Assembly: GCA_963745025.1 (NCBI GenBank)
Contig: CAVUWD010000006.1
Coordinates: forward strand, 320,001-384,000
Direction of reading: 5' to 3'
Length of the DNA: 64,000 bases
Origin: an uncultured delta proteobacterium
GTDB lineage: Bacteria; Desulfobacterota; Binatia; JACPRU01
Under the pieces are notes generated by a model. The model was not told where the DNA came from and did no database searches. It saw only the letters and a program-made list of their open reading frames with translations. Positions 35,705 to 49,011 of this stretch are shown in pieces. Numbering within the stretch: the stretch's first letter is position 1; every line of letters starts with the position of its first letter. The translations under genes and the position numbers were made by a program.

Positions 35705-38125
35705 TCAAGGCTCGTCGATGAGCCCGGCGCGACGGGCGGCGGCGAGCGCAGCGATCGCGTCGACGCGCCGGATCACCGCTCGAAGCTCGCCGGCAAAGCT
35801 CGTCCGCCGCTCCGCGAGATCCGCAAGGCCTGCTTCGAGCAAGCCGCGATTTCGCGCCAGCCGGAGCGCGGCCGCGAACAGAACCTTCGAGACCGATTCC
35901 CCACTCTGAATCCGCCGCTGCAGCTGATATTGCTTGCCGCGCGCCAGGCATCTGGCAAAGAAAGCGGCCTCATCGAACACGGCCCCCGTGTCGAGTCGCT
36001 CGAGCTCGTCGCTAACGACCCGGTAGGCTTCGAGGAAGGGGCGCAGCACGCGGTGGGCGGTGAACGGGCGCGACCGGCGGACGAGCGCCTCGATCCCGGC
36101 CGCGCCGGCTCCGAGACCCGCCTCCCACCCCTCGTCGCGCAGGATCAGCTCGCGCCGAATCTCGTCGCGGAATCCGTCCTTGTCCGCGAAGAAGAACTCG
36201 AACTTGAGAAGGTCGCGCAGCCGCAAGGCCTCCGCCCAAAACTCGCCCGTCCGATCGGCGACGCCGCCCTCGGCGGCGCGCAGCAACGCGAGCTCCGTGA
36301 TCGCCGAGCTCACGAAGAAGTGAACGATCGTATTGCGGTAGTAGGCGGCCGTCAGATGCTGGTCGTCGCCGATCGCGTAGATCGGCTCGGGGCCCTCGGC
36401 GAAGGTCGAGACGACACCGCTCGCGACCAGCACCTCGAGCGCGCGGCGGACTCCCTCGGCGGTGTCGAGCATGAGCTCTTCGGTCTTGGGCAGGTTCCGG
36501 CGGCGCACGTAGTCGATCCAGTTGCGAAGCACCGTCACCGTCTCCTCGACGGTGAGCGCACGGTCGGCGCCGAGCAGTGCCAGCGTCACCAGCGACGTCG
36601 GCGTGATCGGCGTCACCCGGTTGATGCGGACGGCGACCTCGAAGGCGATCTTGGCCACCGCCACACTCTGCTCGTCCGCGTCCAAATCGACGCTCGGCTC
36701 GCGCTCGCCGAGCGCGCCGGCGAGCGACAGCGGCTCGCCGAAGCGAATGTGGATGTTGCCGAGGCGGCCCTGCAGGCCGCGTACGAACTTGACGAACCAG
36801 CCGAAGCCCTCGCGCTGCTTGGCTGCGCCGCGGCTCTCGGCGACGTAGTCGCCGACGTCCTGGATCTGGTCGTAGGCAATCGCCGTCGGAATCAGGTACA
36901 CGTCCTCGCTGCAGCCGCGGCGCAGCGAGTCGATCACGTAGGCGAGAAGGCCGAGCCGAGGTGGCAGCAGCTTTCCCGAACGCGAGCGGCCGCCTTCGAC
37001 GTACCACTCGAGCGAGAAGCGCTTCTCGATCAGGTAGTCGACGTACTGCCGGAGCACGAGCTTGTAGACCGCGTTGTCCTTGAAAGTGCGCCGGATGAAG
37101 AACGTGCCGCTGCGGCGAACGAGCGGGCCGACGGGAAAGAAGTTCATGTTGATGCCGCCGGCGGTATGGTTCGGCGGATGCCCGTTTTCGTGGAGCGCAT
37201 ACTGCAGCACGAGGTGATCGAGGTTCGACTTGTGGGTAGGGAGAAAGACGACCGGGGATCGCTGCGCCAGCGCGTAGATCTCACGGAGCTCGCCCCGATC
37301 GTAGTGAAGACGCTCTCCGTAGCCGCGGGTGTAGAGCAGGCGGATCAGATTGGCGGTGAGATCGATGACGTAAGGACTGTGCGTGGCCGCGATCTCGCGC
37401 AGATAGCGTGCCGCCCGTTTGGTGACCTGGACTTCGGGCTTGCCGAGCGTCCGAGCGAGCATGGCGACGCCCCCGCGAAATGCCGGCCGCGCGAGGATCT
37501 CTTCGTGAACGAAGCGCGGCACCTTGTAGCGCGAGCCGCGTAAGCGCCGCTCGGCCCGCTCGAGCGCGAGCTGCGCCTGGCGGACGACGAACTCGGCGAG
37601 ACTCTGGGTGGAGTCCGCTCCCGCCCGGCTCCAACGCGCGCGCAGCGCGGTGGCCGGCGCCGGCTCGGCGATCACGACCCGATACCGGTCAGGGTCTCGG
37701 CGCACGAGCCAGACCTGCCGAAAAACGCCCGGGTCGCGAGGATCGCCGACTGTCAGCAGATCGGAGAAGCGGACTTCGCGGACCCCGTCCTTCTCCGGCG
37801 GCAGCCACGCCACGCGGAGCGGTGCGAGTATCGGATCGTCCCCCACCGCCAGGTTCGCCTCGAGTTGCGGATCGAGCTTTCGGGCGCGCCGCCGGCGGCG
37901 CGAGGGTGGGATGCCGATCCTCTCGCAGCTCGTGGGGCTCAGCCCCTCCGGACGATGGCTCTCGATCCAGCGCTCGAGGATCCGCCGCTCGATCGCGCTC
38001 GAGGCGTCGAGGAGAAAGACGAGACGCCTGCCCGGAACGAACGGCCACGCCTGCTCGGCCGGCGCCGGCGCAGCCGGAGCCTCGCTCCTCGGCGACTCCA
38101 ACCCGTGTAGGCCCCCGATCTGCAT
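35705..38125 (-). CDS. plsB: glycerol-3-phosphate 1-O-acyltransferase
   Basis: THKSNLD (HxxxxD), GGINMNFFP, FFIRR and YVEGGRSRSGKLLPP motifs; start uncertain. Confidence 0.88.
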   Translation of the reverse strand: MQIGGLHGLESPRSEAPAAPAPAEQAWPFVPGRRLVFLLDASSAIERRILERWIESHRPEGLSPTSCERIGIPPSRRRRRARKLDPQLEANLAVGDDPILAPLRVAWLPPEKDGVREVRFSDLLTVGDPRDPGVFRQVWLVRRDPDRYRVVIAEPAPATALRARWSRAGADSTQSLAEFVVRQAQLALERAERRLRGSRYKVPRFVHEEILARPAFRGGVAMLARTLGKPEVQVTKRAARYLREIAATHSPYVIDLTANLIRLLYTRGYGERLHYDRGELREIYALAQRSPVVFLPTHKSNLDHLVLQYALHENGHPPNHTAGGINMNFFPVGPLVRRSGTFFIRRTFKDNAVYKLVLRQYVDYLIEKRFSLEWYVEGGRSRSGKLLPPRLGLLAYVIDSLRRGCSEDVYLIPTAIAYDQIQDVGDYVAESRGAAKQREGFGWFVKFVRGLQGRLGNIHIRFGEPLSLAGALGEREPSVDLDADEQSVAVAKIAFEVAVRINRVTPITPTSLVTLALLGADRALTVEETVTVLRNWIDYVRRRNLPKTEELMLDTAEGVRRALEVLVASGVVSTFAEGPEPIYAIGDDQHLTAAYYRNTIVHFFVSSAITELALLRAAEGGVADRTGEFWAEALRLRDLLKFEFFFADKDGFRDEIRRELILRDEGWEAGLGAGAAGIEALVRRSRPFTAHRVLRPFLEAYRVVSDELERLDTGAVFDEAAFFARCLARGKQYQLQRRIQSGESVSKVLFAAALRLARNRGLLEAGLADLAERRTSFAGELRAVIRRVDAIAALAAARRAGLIDEP

Positions 38126-38149
38126 ATGACCGTCTACGGGATAAACCAG

Positions 38150-38300
38150 GCGCGAAGCGTCGCGCAACCGCTGGAGACCGAGAGTCGTCCGAGGGAGTCG
38201 ACGCGGTCGCGGCGCAGTGCGGGTTTGCCAGCGCAGGGGCCATGCGCCGCGCCTTCTTGCGGACGTTGCGGGCGCCGCGCCGAACGCATGCCGCATTCGC
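38150..38300 (+). pseudogene. C-terminal remnant of an AraC/GlxA-type regulator
   Basis: ...SSEGVDAVAAQCGFASAGAMRRAFLRTLRAP matches the second HTH of GlxA-family regulators; no upstream domain. Confidence 0.55.
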
Positions 38301-38374
38301 TTCCGCTCGGCGTGAAGGGCCGTAAACGGCGAGGTGCGTTCCTGCGGAACCGGAGCGTCACGGGACGCGAAGCG

Positions 38375-39082
38375 CTAACCCAGCTCCTCTCCGACCGCTT
38401 CGCGGAGGGCGCGCCGGGCGATCCGCGTCACGAGCATGGCGACGAGCAGCGTGGCTGCCAATCCGATGCCGAGGACCGTGTAGTAGCCTGTGCCGCGCCC
38501 CGCCGATTGCCCGGCGCCGAGCGCGGCGACGTCGCCTGCGATCTTTCCGTAGTACACGTAAAGGATCGTGCCTGGGATCATGCCGAACGAGGCGAGCGCA
38601 TAGTCCGCGAGCCGCACCCGCGTCAGGCCGAGCGCGTAGTTGAGAAGCGTGAACGGGAATGCGGGCGAGAGCCGGAGCAAGAACACGATCCGCAGCCCCT
38701 GCGCTCCGACCGCGCGATCGATCGCGGCAAAGCGAGGGTTGCCGGCGAGCCGCCTCTCGATCGCGCCGCGAGCGAAGTAGCGCGCGACCAGGAATGCGCC
38801 GATCGAGCCAGCGACGGCAGCGATAAAGACGTAGACCGTGCCGCGTAGGAGCCCGAAGATCGCGCCGGCGGCCAACGTGAAGAGCACCGCAGGCGCCAGC
38901 GCGATGACGGCGACCGCGTAGCCGAGGATGAAGACGATCGGTCCCCATGCTCCTAGTGCGTCGACCCATGCCGCGAACGCAGGCACGTAGCCGCCCGCGC
39001 CCCGTCCGAGCATCGCGAGGACCGCGATCGCCGCGACCGCGACGAGCCCGCGGGCGGCCGTCGACCGGCTCAAGGATGCCAC
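38375..39082 (-). CDS. TVP38/TMEM64 (DedA-like) membrane protein
   Basis: TLAAGAIFG, LLRLSPAFPFTLLNYALGLT and GMIPGT motifs. Confidence 0.9.
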   Translation of the reverse strand: MASLSRSTAARGLVAVAAIAVLAMLGRGAGGYVPAFAAWVDALGAWGPIVFILGYAVAVIALAPAVLFTLAAGAIFGLLRGTVYVFIAAVAGSIGAFLVARYFARGAIERRLAGNPRFAAIDRAVGAQGLRIVFLLRLSPAFPFTLLNYALGLTRVRLADYALASFGMIPGTILYVYYGKIAGDVAALGAGQSAGRGTGYYTVLGIGLAATLLVAMLVTRIARRALREAVGEELG

Positions 39083-39154
39083 GGGCTGCCGAGAAGATGG
39101 CGCGGCTCGAGGATCGGCGTCGACTTGCCGAGCCAGTAGCCGGTCACCGTCTTC

Positions 39155-40612
39155 TCACCCGAGCGATAGAAACCCGTCGCGGGCGAGCGCGAACCCGAGC
39201 CCCGGGAAAATGCCGAGCAGCACGGTGGCTGCGAGCGAGATGCCGATCGTCGTCGCGAGATAGGGCCGCTGGGCGAGCGACGAAGGCTCGAGGTCCCCCT
39301 CGCGCATGTACATCATGACGATGACCCAGATGTAGTAGTAGACGCTGACCACGCTGTTCAGCACGCCGATGACGGCGAGGCCGACGTAGCCGCTCTCGAC
39401 CGCGGCGCGGAACAGGTAGAACTTGCCGGCGAATCCGACCAGCGGCGGTACGCCGGCGAGCGACAGCATGAACGACCGCCATGGCCATCGCCGAGAAGCG
39501 GCTGGCGGAAGCCGATTCCCGCGTAGTCGCTCGATCTCCTCGTTCGCCTCGCCCGTCCGACCGAGCGCGATCACCACCGCGAATGCGCCGAGGTTCATCA
39601 CCGCGTAGGCGAGGAGGTAGAAGAGCAGCGCCGGGCCGCCCTGCCGCCCGCCCGCGACCATGGCGACCAGGAGGTAGCCGGCGTGGGCGATGCTCGAGTA
39701 GGCGAGCATGCGCTTGATGTTCGACTGCGTGATCGCCAGCAGGTTGCCGACCGTCATCGTCGCCACGGCGAGCCACCAGAGCACCGAATTCCAGTCCGCA
39801 CGGGTGGCGGCGAAGGTCGTCGAGGAACACGCGGGCGAACGCGGCGAACGCGGCCGCCTTCACGCCGACCGCCATGAACGCGGTGACCGACGTCGGTGCA
39901 CCCTCGTAGACGTCGGGCGTCCACACGTGGAACGGAACGGCGGCGACCTTGAAGCCGAAGCCGACGATGAGAAGCGCCGATACCGAGCATCAACATCTCC
40001 TGCCCCTCGCCGCCGCGGCGCGAGAGGTGTGCGGCGATCGCGTCGAGCCGCGTGCTCGCCGTCGCGCCGTAGACGAGCGCGATGCCGAAGAGCAGGAACC
40101 CGGTGGCGAACGCGCCGAGGAGAAAGTACTTGAGCGCCGCCTCGTTCGAGCGGACGTCCTGGCGCCAGCACGCCGGCCAGCACGTAGACGGCGATCGACA
40201 TCACCTCGAGGCCGAGAAAGATCACGATGAGGTCGGTCGCGCCGGCCATCATCATCATGCCGGACGTCGCGAACAGCACGAGCGCATAGTACTCGCCCCC
40301 GCGCACGGAGGTGGTCGTCAGAAAGTCGATCGCCATCAGCACGGCGAGAATGCTCGCGAAACAGAAGAGCAGATCGAAGAACAGCGCGTAGTTGTCGAGG
40401 ATGAAGCTGCCGCCGAGCGTTTTCGCCGGCTGGTGCCCCCAGAGAACCGCCGCCACGATCGCGGTCAGCGCGAGACCGAGAACCGACAACCAGGCGAGCG
40501 CGTCGCGGTCCGATCCCTCGAGGAAGAGATCCGCGACAAGAACGACGACCGCCGTGGCCGTGACGGCGAGCAACGGAAGCAGCGGCACCCAATCGACGAC
40601 AGGCAGGCTCAT
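39155..40612 (-). CDS. nuoN: NADH-quinone oxidoreductase subunit N (several frameshifts, probably assembly errors)
   Basis: [33 protein letters not shown] and SLAGVPP found in different frames. Confidence 0.9.
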
Positions 40613-42184
40613 AGCGATTTCCGCGCCGGCGCGGGGACGGTGACGCGCGCTTCGGTGATCGACCCGCCGTCCGCCGCAGCCGCCGCTCCAGAAGCATTCG
40701 CGCCTTTCTCGACGCGGGCGACGATCGCTCGAATCGACGGCTCCATGCGCGAGAGCAGCGGCTTCGGGTAGATGCCCATGAAGAACACGAGCGCCAGGAT
40801 CGGCGCGAAGACCACGATCTCTCGCGTCGAAGGTCCTCGAGGCCGCGGTTCTCCTCGTGGGTCACGGGTCCGAAGATGACCCGCTGGTACATCCAGAGGA
40901 GGTAGACCGCGCCGAGAATCACGCCGAGCACGGCCCACGCGGCGAAGCCGGGAGCACGCCCGAAGGCACCGAGCAGGACAGGAACTCGCCGACGAAGCCG
41001 TTCAGGCCCGGCAACCCGACCGACGACAGCATGGTGATCAGGAAGAACACCGAGAAGATCGGCACGATCTTCCAGAGGCCGCCGAAGTCGGCGATCTGCC
41101 GCGTGTGCCGGCGCTCGTAGATGATGCCGACCGCGAGGAAGAGCGCGCCCGTCGAGAGCCCGTGGTTCAGCATCTGGTAGACGCGCGCCCGACACGCCTT
41201 CGACGTTCATCGCGAAGCCAGCCCGAGCATGACGAACCCGAGGTGGCTCACCGACGAGTAGGCGACGAGCTTCTTCAGGTCCGGCTGCACCATCGCCACC
41301 AGCGCGCCGTAGACGATGCCGATCACGGCCAGCGCCACGATGTACGGGGCAGCCGTCGACGGCGGCCGCGGGGAAGAGCGGCAAGGCGAAGCGCAGGAAT
41401 CCGTAGGTCCCCATCTTCAGAAGCACGCCGGCGAGGATCACCGAGCCGCCGGTCGGCGCCTCGACGTGCGCGTCCGGCAGCCAGGTGTGCAGCGGAAACA
41501 TCGGCACCTTGATCGCGAACGCGAGCGCGAAGGCGGCGAAGAGCCAGAGCTGCGTCGTGACGCGCGATCGGCAGCTCGTAGAGCTTCAGCAGATCGAACG
41601 TCATCGCGCCGGTCGCCTCGCGGTGCAGCACCGAGAGGTAGAGGATCGCGACCAGCATCAGCAGGCTCCCGACCATCGTGTAGAGCACGAACTTGATCGC
41701 CGCGTAGACCCGCCGCGGCCCGCCCCACACGCCGATCAGCAAGTACATCGGCACCAGCATCACTTCCCAGAAGACGTAGAAGAGGAAGAGATCGAGGGCG
41801 ACGAGCGCGCCGAGCATCCCGGTCTCGAGCACCAGCATGAGGATCATGTACTCCTTCACGCGCCGGTGAATGTCACCGAAGGCGGCGAGCACGACGAGCG
41901 GCGTGAGCAGCGTCGTCAGGAGCACGAGGAACAAGCTCACGCCGTCGACGCCGAGCAGGTACTGAACCCCGAAGTCGGGCATCCATTGATGGCGCTCGAC
42001 CATCTGGAAGTCGCCACGCGCGGGATCGAAGGCCGCGAGAACGCCGAGCGAGATCAGCAACGGAACGATCGAGAAGACCAGCGCCGCGCGCTGAATGCAC
42101 GCGCTCGTCGCTCGGCAGAAAGCCGAGAAAGATCGCCCCGAGCGTCGGGGTGAAGATGAGGGCAGTGAGAACGATCTCGCTCAT
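40609..42184 (-). CDS. nuoM: NADH-quinone oxidoreductase subunit M (frameshifted)
   Basis: [32 protein letters not shown] and [12 protein letters not shown] across frames. Confidence 0.9.
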
Positions 42185-42200
42185 GGTCGGCGTCTCGATT

Positions 42201-44120
<1,920 letters not shown>

Positions 44121-44127
<7 letters not shown>

Positions 44128-44423
44128 TTGAGCAAGCTCAACTCGTCTGCGTTGACCGTGGCTCGGTTCCGGAACGAGGCGAGGATGATCGCCAGTCCGA
44201 CTGCCGCCTCGGCAGCCGCGACGGTCATGACGAAGAACACGATCACCTGGCCGTCCATCGAGCCGAGATGGCGGGCGAGCGCGACGAACGCCAGGTTCGC
44301 GGCGTTCAGCATCAGCTCGATCGACATGAAGATGACGATCACGTTCCGCCGCAGCACCACGCCGACCGCGCCGATGGCGAACAGCACCCCCGCGAGCATG
44401 AGATAGTATTCGACGGGCACCAT
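44121..44423 (-). CDS. nuoK: NADH-quinone oxidoreductase subunit K
   Basis: [20 protein letters not shown] and [12 protein letters not shown] motifs. Confidence 0.95.
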
Positions 44424-44427
44424 CTCG

Positions 44428-44940
<513 letters not shown>

Positions 44941-44941
44941 G

Positions 44942-46068
44942 TCATTGGGCGAGCAGGATCACCACGCTCGTCAGGACGACGTTGGCGAGCGCGAGCGGCA
45001 GCAGCATCTTCCAGCCGAGCCGCATGAGTTGGTCGTAGCGGAAGCGTGGCAGCGTCCAGCGGATGAGGATCTGGAGCCAGCAGAAGAAGAAGACTTTGGC
45101 GAGGAACGCCACGACTTGGCCGACGACGATCACGAGGTGCGGGAGCGGAAGCCTTCCGCCCCAGGGAAAGGCGAAGCCGTCACGGCCGAGAAACGGGATC
45201 TGCCAGCCGCCGAAGAACATCGTCACCACGAGAGCCGAGACGAGCACGATCTCGGCGAAGTCGGAGAACATGAACGCCGCCTGCTTCCCGCCCGAGTACT
45301 CGGTGAAGTAGCCGCTGATCAGCTCCGACTCGCTCTCCGGCAGGTCGAACGGAACGCGCTTGCTCTCGGCGATGCCCGCCACGAAGAAGATCAGGAACGC
45401 GAACGGCTGGTAGAGGATGCCCCAGGCCGGCAGCCAGTCGAGCACCGGCTTGCCGAAGCCGAGGAAGCTACCGAGCCCGCTCCCCTGCGCGCGCGCCATC
45501 GCCTGCAGGTCGAGCGTGCCGAAGGTCAGGACCATCGACACGAGCGCGAGGCCCATCGCCATCTCGTACGAGATCATCTGCGCCGAGCCGCGGATGCCGC
45601 CGAGCAGCGACCAGCGGTTGTTCGAGGCCCAGCCGGCGAGCACGACGCCGTAGACGCCGATCGACACCATGGCGAGGATGTAGAGGATGCCGACGTTCAG
45701 GTCGGCGACCTGCAGCGATGATCGTCATGCCGCCGACGCGCAGCACGTCGCCGAACGGCACGCACGGCGAAGGTGACGAGGATCGGGAAGACCGCAGAGA
45801 AAGGGCGCGAGGAAATGCAGCAGGCGATCGGCGCCTTCGGGAACGATGTCTTCCTTGGTGAAGATCTTCAGCGGATCGGCCATCAGCGTGTTGACGAGCC
45901 CGGGTTGAAGGGCATGACACCGAAGATGTTGGCGCGATTGGCGCCGATGCGATCCTGGATCAGCGCGCAGCCCTTGCGCTCGACCCAGAGCAAGAACACG
46001 GTCAGCTGGAGCGTGATCAGCACGACGACCAGCGCCTTGACCGCCGCGATACCGACCTCCAATCCCAT
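44942..46068 (-). CDS. nuoH: NADH-quinone oxidoreductase subunit H (frameshifted in the 5' part)
   Basis: WVERKGCALIQDRIGANR, AQMISYE, RVPFDLPESESELISGY and RWTLPRFRYDQLM motifs. Confidence 0.92.
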
Positions 46069-46094
46069 CCCGTCCGTCTCGCCCGTGTCCTACG

Positions 46095-46574
46095 TCACTC
46101 GCGCCCGAGCCGATCGAGAAGCTGGACCGTACTCTCGGCAGTGAGATTCTCGTGGTAGTCTTCGTTCACCTGCATCATCGGTGCGGTGCCGCAGGACGCG
46201 AGGCACTCGACTTCGTCGAGCGAGAACCGCCCGTCGGTCGTGCTCTCGCCGGGGCCGATCCCGAGCCGTCTCTCGATGGCGCGAACGATCTCGTCGGAGC
46301 CGCGCAGCATGCACGAAAGGTTCGTGCACACCTGGAGGTGATACTTCCCGATCGGTTTCTTGTAGTACATCGTGTAGAAGGATGCGACACCGCTGACCCA
46401 AGCGAGCGGAAGCTCCATCAAGTCGGCGACGTACCGCTGGACCTCCGGCGACAGGTAACCGAACTCCCGCTGCGCGATCCACAAGACGGGCATGATGGCC
46501 GCCCGCTTGACCGGGTATTGGGTGAGAACGCGCTGGTACTCCTCGAGCGCCTGGTTTGAGAATTGAACGGCCAT
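46095..46574 (-). CDS. nuoE: NADH-quinone oxidoreductase subunit E ([2Fe-2S])
   Basis: VASFYTMY, VCTNLSC and ECLASCGTAP motifs. Confidence 0.93.
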   Translation of the reverse strand: MAVQFSNQALEEYQRVLTQYPVKRAAIMPVLWIAQREFGYLSPEVQRYVADLMELPLAWVSGVASFYTMYYKKPIGKYHLQVCTNLSCMLRGSDEIVRAIERRLGIGPGESTTDGRFSLDEVECLASCGTAPMMQVNEDYHENLTAESTVQLLDRLGRE

Positions 46575-46619
46575 CGTGTGCTCGGCTATCGGTCTTCGGT
46601 CTTCGTTCTTCGGCGCCAC

Positions 46620-46708
46620 GGTGAAACGAGCGCAGACAATTTTTTCGCCTCCACACCGGTCGGATTCATCGGCGGCCATCCGGAGAAGTTGTCTGACCCC
46701 GTTTCACC
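46620..46708. repeat. REP-like inverted repeat pair between nuoD and nuoE
   Basis: GGTGAAACGAGCGCAGACAATTTT (+, 46620) and GGTGAAACGGGGTCAGACAACTTC (-, 46708); preceded by short TCTTCGG-like repeats. Confidence 0.55.
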
Positions 46709-46713
46709 CTTCC

Positions 46714-47928
46714 TCAGCGGTCGCACTCGCCGCCGATCATGTTGATCATGCCGAAGGTGGTGATGATGTCCGCGATCATGTGGCCCTTGAGCATCGTCGC
46801 CGAGCGCGGCCATCCCGAAGAAGCACGGCGGCCGGACGCGGACGCGATAGGGCCGCCCGCTGCCGTCGCTCACCAGATAGAAGCCGAGCTCGCCGTTGGC
46901 GCCCTCGACCGCCAGATAGATCTCGCCGGCGGGCAGCTTGATGCCCTCGATGACGATCTTGAAGTGATTCATGAGACCTTCGATGGAATTGTAGACGTCG
47001 CGTTTCGGCGGGAGCGCGAATCGGGAATCGCTGACGATCACCGGACCGGCGGACATCTTCGCCAGACACCTGCTCGACGATGCGCATGCGACTGCTCGAT
47101 CTCGCGGAAGCGGACGAGGAAGCGATCGTAGTTGTCGCCACGGCTGCCGAGCGGCACCTCGAAGTCGAGCGATCGTAGACGAGATACGGGCACTGCCTTG
47201 CGGACGTCGTAGTTGACGCCCGTGGCGCGCAGCAGCGGGCCGGTCAGCGAGTAAGCAATCGCGTCCTCTTGCGACAGCCTGCCGACTCCGGACATGCGGT
47301 CGACGAAGATGCGGTTGCGGGTCAAGAGCTTGTCGCAGTCGGCGAGCACGGCGCGGATCTTGGCGAAACGGTCGGCGAGCACCTCGCCGAATTGCGCGGG
47401 CAGATCGTTGGTGACACCACCGATCCGGCAGTAGCTCACCGTCAGGCGTGCGCCGGTGATCGTCTCGACGAGATCGTAGAGGAACTCGCGCGCCTCGTTG
47501 CGTGTAGAAGCCCGACCGTGATCGCGCCGAGCTCGACGCCCGCCATGCCGAGACAGGTGAGGTGATCGGTGATGCGCGAGATCTCCGACGGTCAGCACGC
47601 GGATGTACTGAGCGCGCTCCGGCGCCTGAATGCCCGCCAGCTTCTCCACCGCCAGCGCGAAGCCGACGTTGTTGATGAGCGGCGAGGCGTAGTTCAGCCG
47701 GTCCGTGTAGGGGAACACCTGCGTCCAGGTCCCCTGCTCGCACATCTTCTCGAAGCCGCGATGCAGGTAGCCGATCTCGACGTCGCAATCGACGATGGTC
47801 TCGCCGTCGAGCTTGAGGTTGAACTTGATCGTCCCGTGCGAAGCCGGATGGGACGGCCCCATCTGCAGCTCCATGATCTCGTGCGAGCGATCGGGGGCGC
47901 CCTCGGCGCGCTCGGCGGGCAGCGTCAT
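46714..47928 (-). CDS. nuoD: NADH-quinone oxidoreductase subunit D (frameshifted)
   Basis: MGPSHPASHG, IGYLHRGFEK, YTDRLNY, EGANGELGFY and terminal GECDR. Confidence 0.92.
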
Positions 47929-48446
47929 CGCGCGGCTCCGAGTCGGCGGGGCGGCCAGGGATTCTCGATCGGGTCTCGTTCCGGGATGATCGGCTGGCGA
48001 CGATTGTGCGGGTAGTCCTTGCGCAGCGGATGCCCCTCGAACTCCGGATACATGAGGATGCGGCGCAGATCGGGATGACCGTCGAAGCGGATGCCGAACA
48101 TGTCGAACACCTCGCGCTCGAGCCAGTTCGCGCTCTTCCAGAGCGAGCTGAGCGACGGAGCCCGGCAGTCCTTCTCGTCTACGGGCACCTTGACGCGGAG
48201 GCGGTGGCACTTCGGGAGCGAGAACAGATGGCCGACGACCTCGAAGCGCGGGGTCTTGCCGAGGTAGTCGACTGCCGTGAGATCGATCAGGAAGTCGAAC
48301 GCCATCTCCGGGTCGTCGCGCAGGAATCGGTACACTTCGAGCGCATGGTCGCGGGCGACGACGACGGTCTCGTCACCCAGCCGGTCGTGGGCGTCGACGA
48401 TCTTGTCGGCAAAGCGCTCACGGATCGTGTCGACGAGCTTGCCCAT
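47925..48446 (-). CDS. nuoC: NADH-quinone oxidoreductase subunit C
   Basis: ANWLEREVFDMFGIRFDGHPDLRRILM and GHPLRKDYP motifs. Confidence 0.95.
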   Translation of the reverse strand: MGKLVDTIRERFADKIVDAHDRLGDETVVVARDHALEVYRFLRDDPEMAFDFLIDLTAVDYLGKTPRFEVVGHLFSLPKCHRLRVKVPVDEKDCRAPSLSSLWKSANWLEREVFDMFGIRFDGHPDLRRILMYPEFEGHPLRKDYPHNRRQPIIPERDPIENPWPPRRLGAAR

Positions 48447-48449
48447 TCC

Positions 48450-48803
48450 TCAATCCCACTCGAGAGCGCCTTTGCGCCAGGCATAGAGAAGGCCGATGCC
48501 GAGCACCAAAAGAAACGTCAGCATCTCGACGAAGCCGAACATGCCGAGGTCACGGAAGAGAATCGCCCAGGGATAGAGAAACACGACCTCGACGTCGAAG
48601 AGAATGAACAGGATCGCCGTCATGTAGAAGCGAACGCTGAAGCGCCCGAAGGCCGGACCGGTCGGCGGATTGCCGCACTCGAAGGGGTCGTGCTTGACCG
48701 GGTTCGTCGCTTTCGGGCCGAGGAGAGTGTTGAGCGAAACCATCGCCCCGACGATGATCGCGGACAAGAGGCAGAGGATCACGATCGAAACGTAGGGGCT
48801 CAT
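48450..48803 (-). CDS. nuoA: NADH-quinone oxidoreductase subunit A
   Basis: PFECG, FYMTAILFILFDVEVVFLYPW and KGALEW motifs. Confidence 0.95.
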   Translation of the reverse strand: MSPYVSIVILCLLSAIIVGAMVSLNTLLGPKATNPVKHDPFECGNPPTGPAFGRFSVRFYMTAILFILFDVEVVFLYPWAILFRDLGMFGFVEMLTFLLVLGIGLLYAWRKGALEWD

Positions 48804-49011
48804 GAGTAAACGCGCCGCTTATTGCACAAAGAAGGAGCATGTCAAACGACCTCTGAGAACGGCAAAGTGGGCAAAGCGGGAACGTTGCTTCGCTCAGTCT
48901 CACTCGCGAAAAAGGCGACTTGCACGTGCAAGATCCGAACGGAGGATCGAGACCAAGCGGAGCAAGGCCCCTGCTTTGCGCGGCGTCGCGCGCTCTGGTA
49001 ACCGCGTAGCG

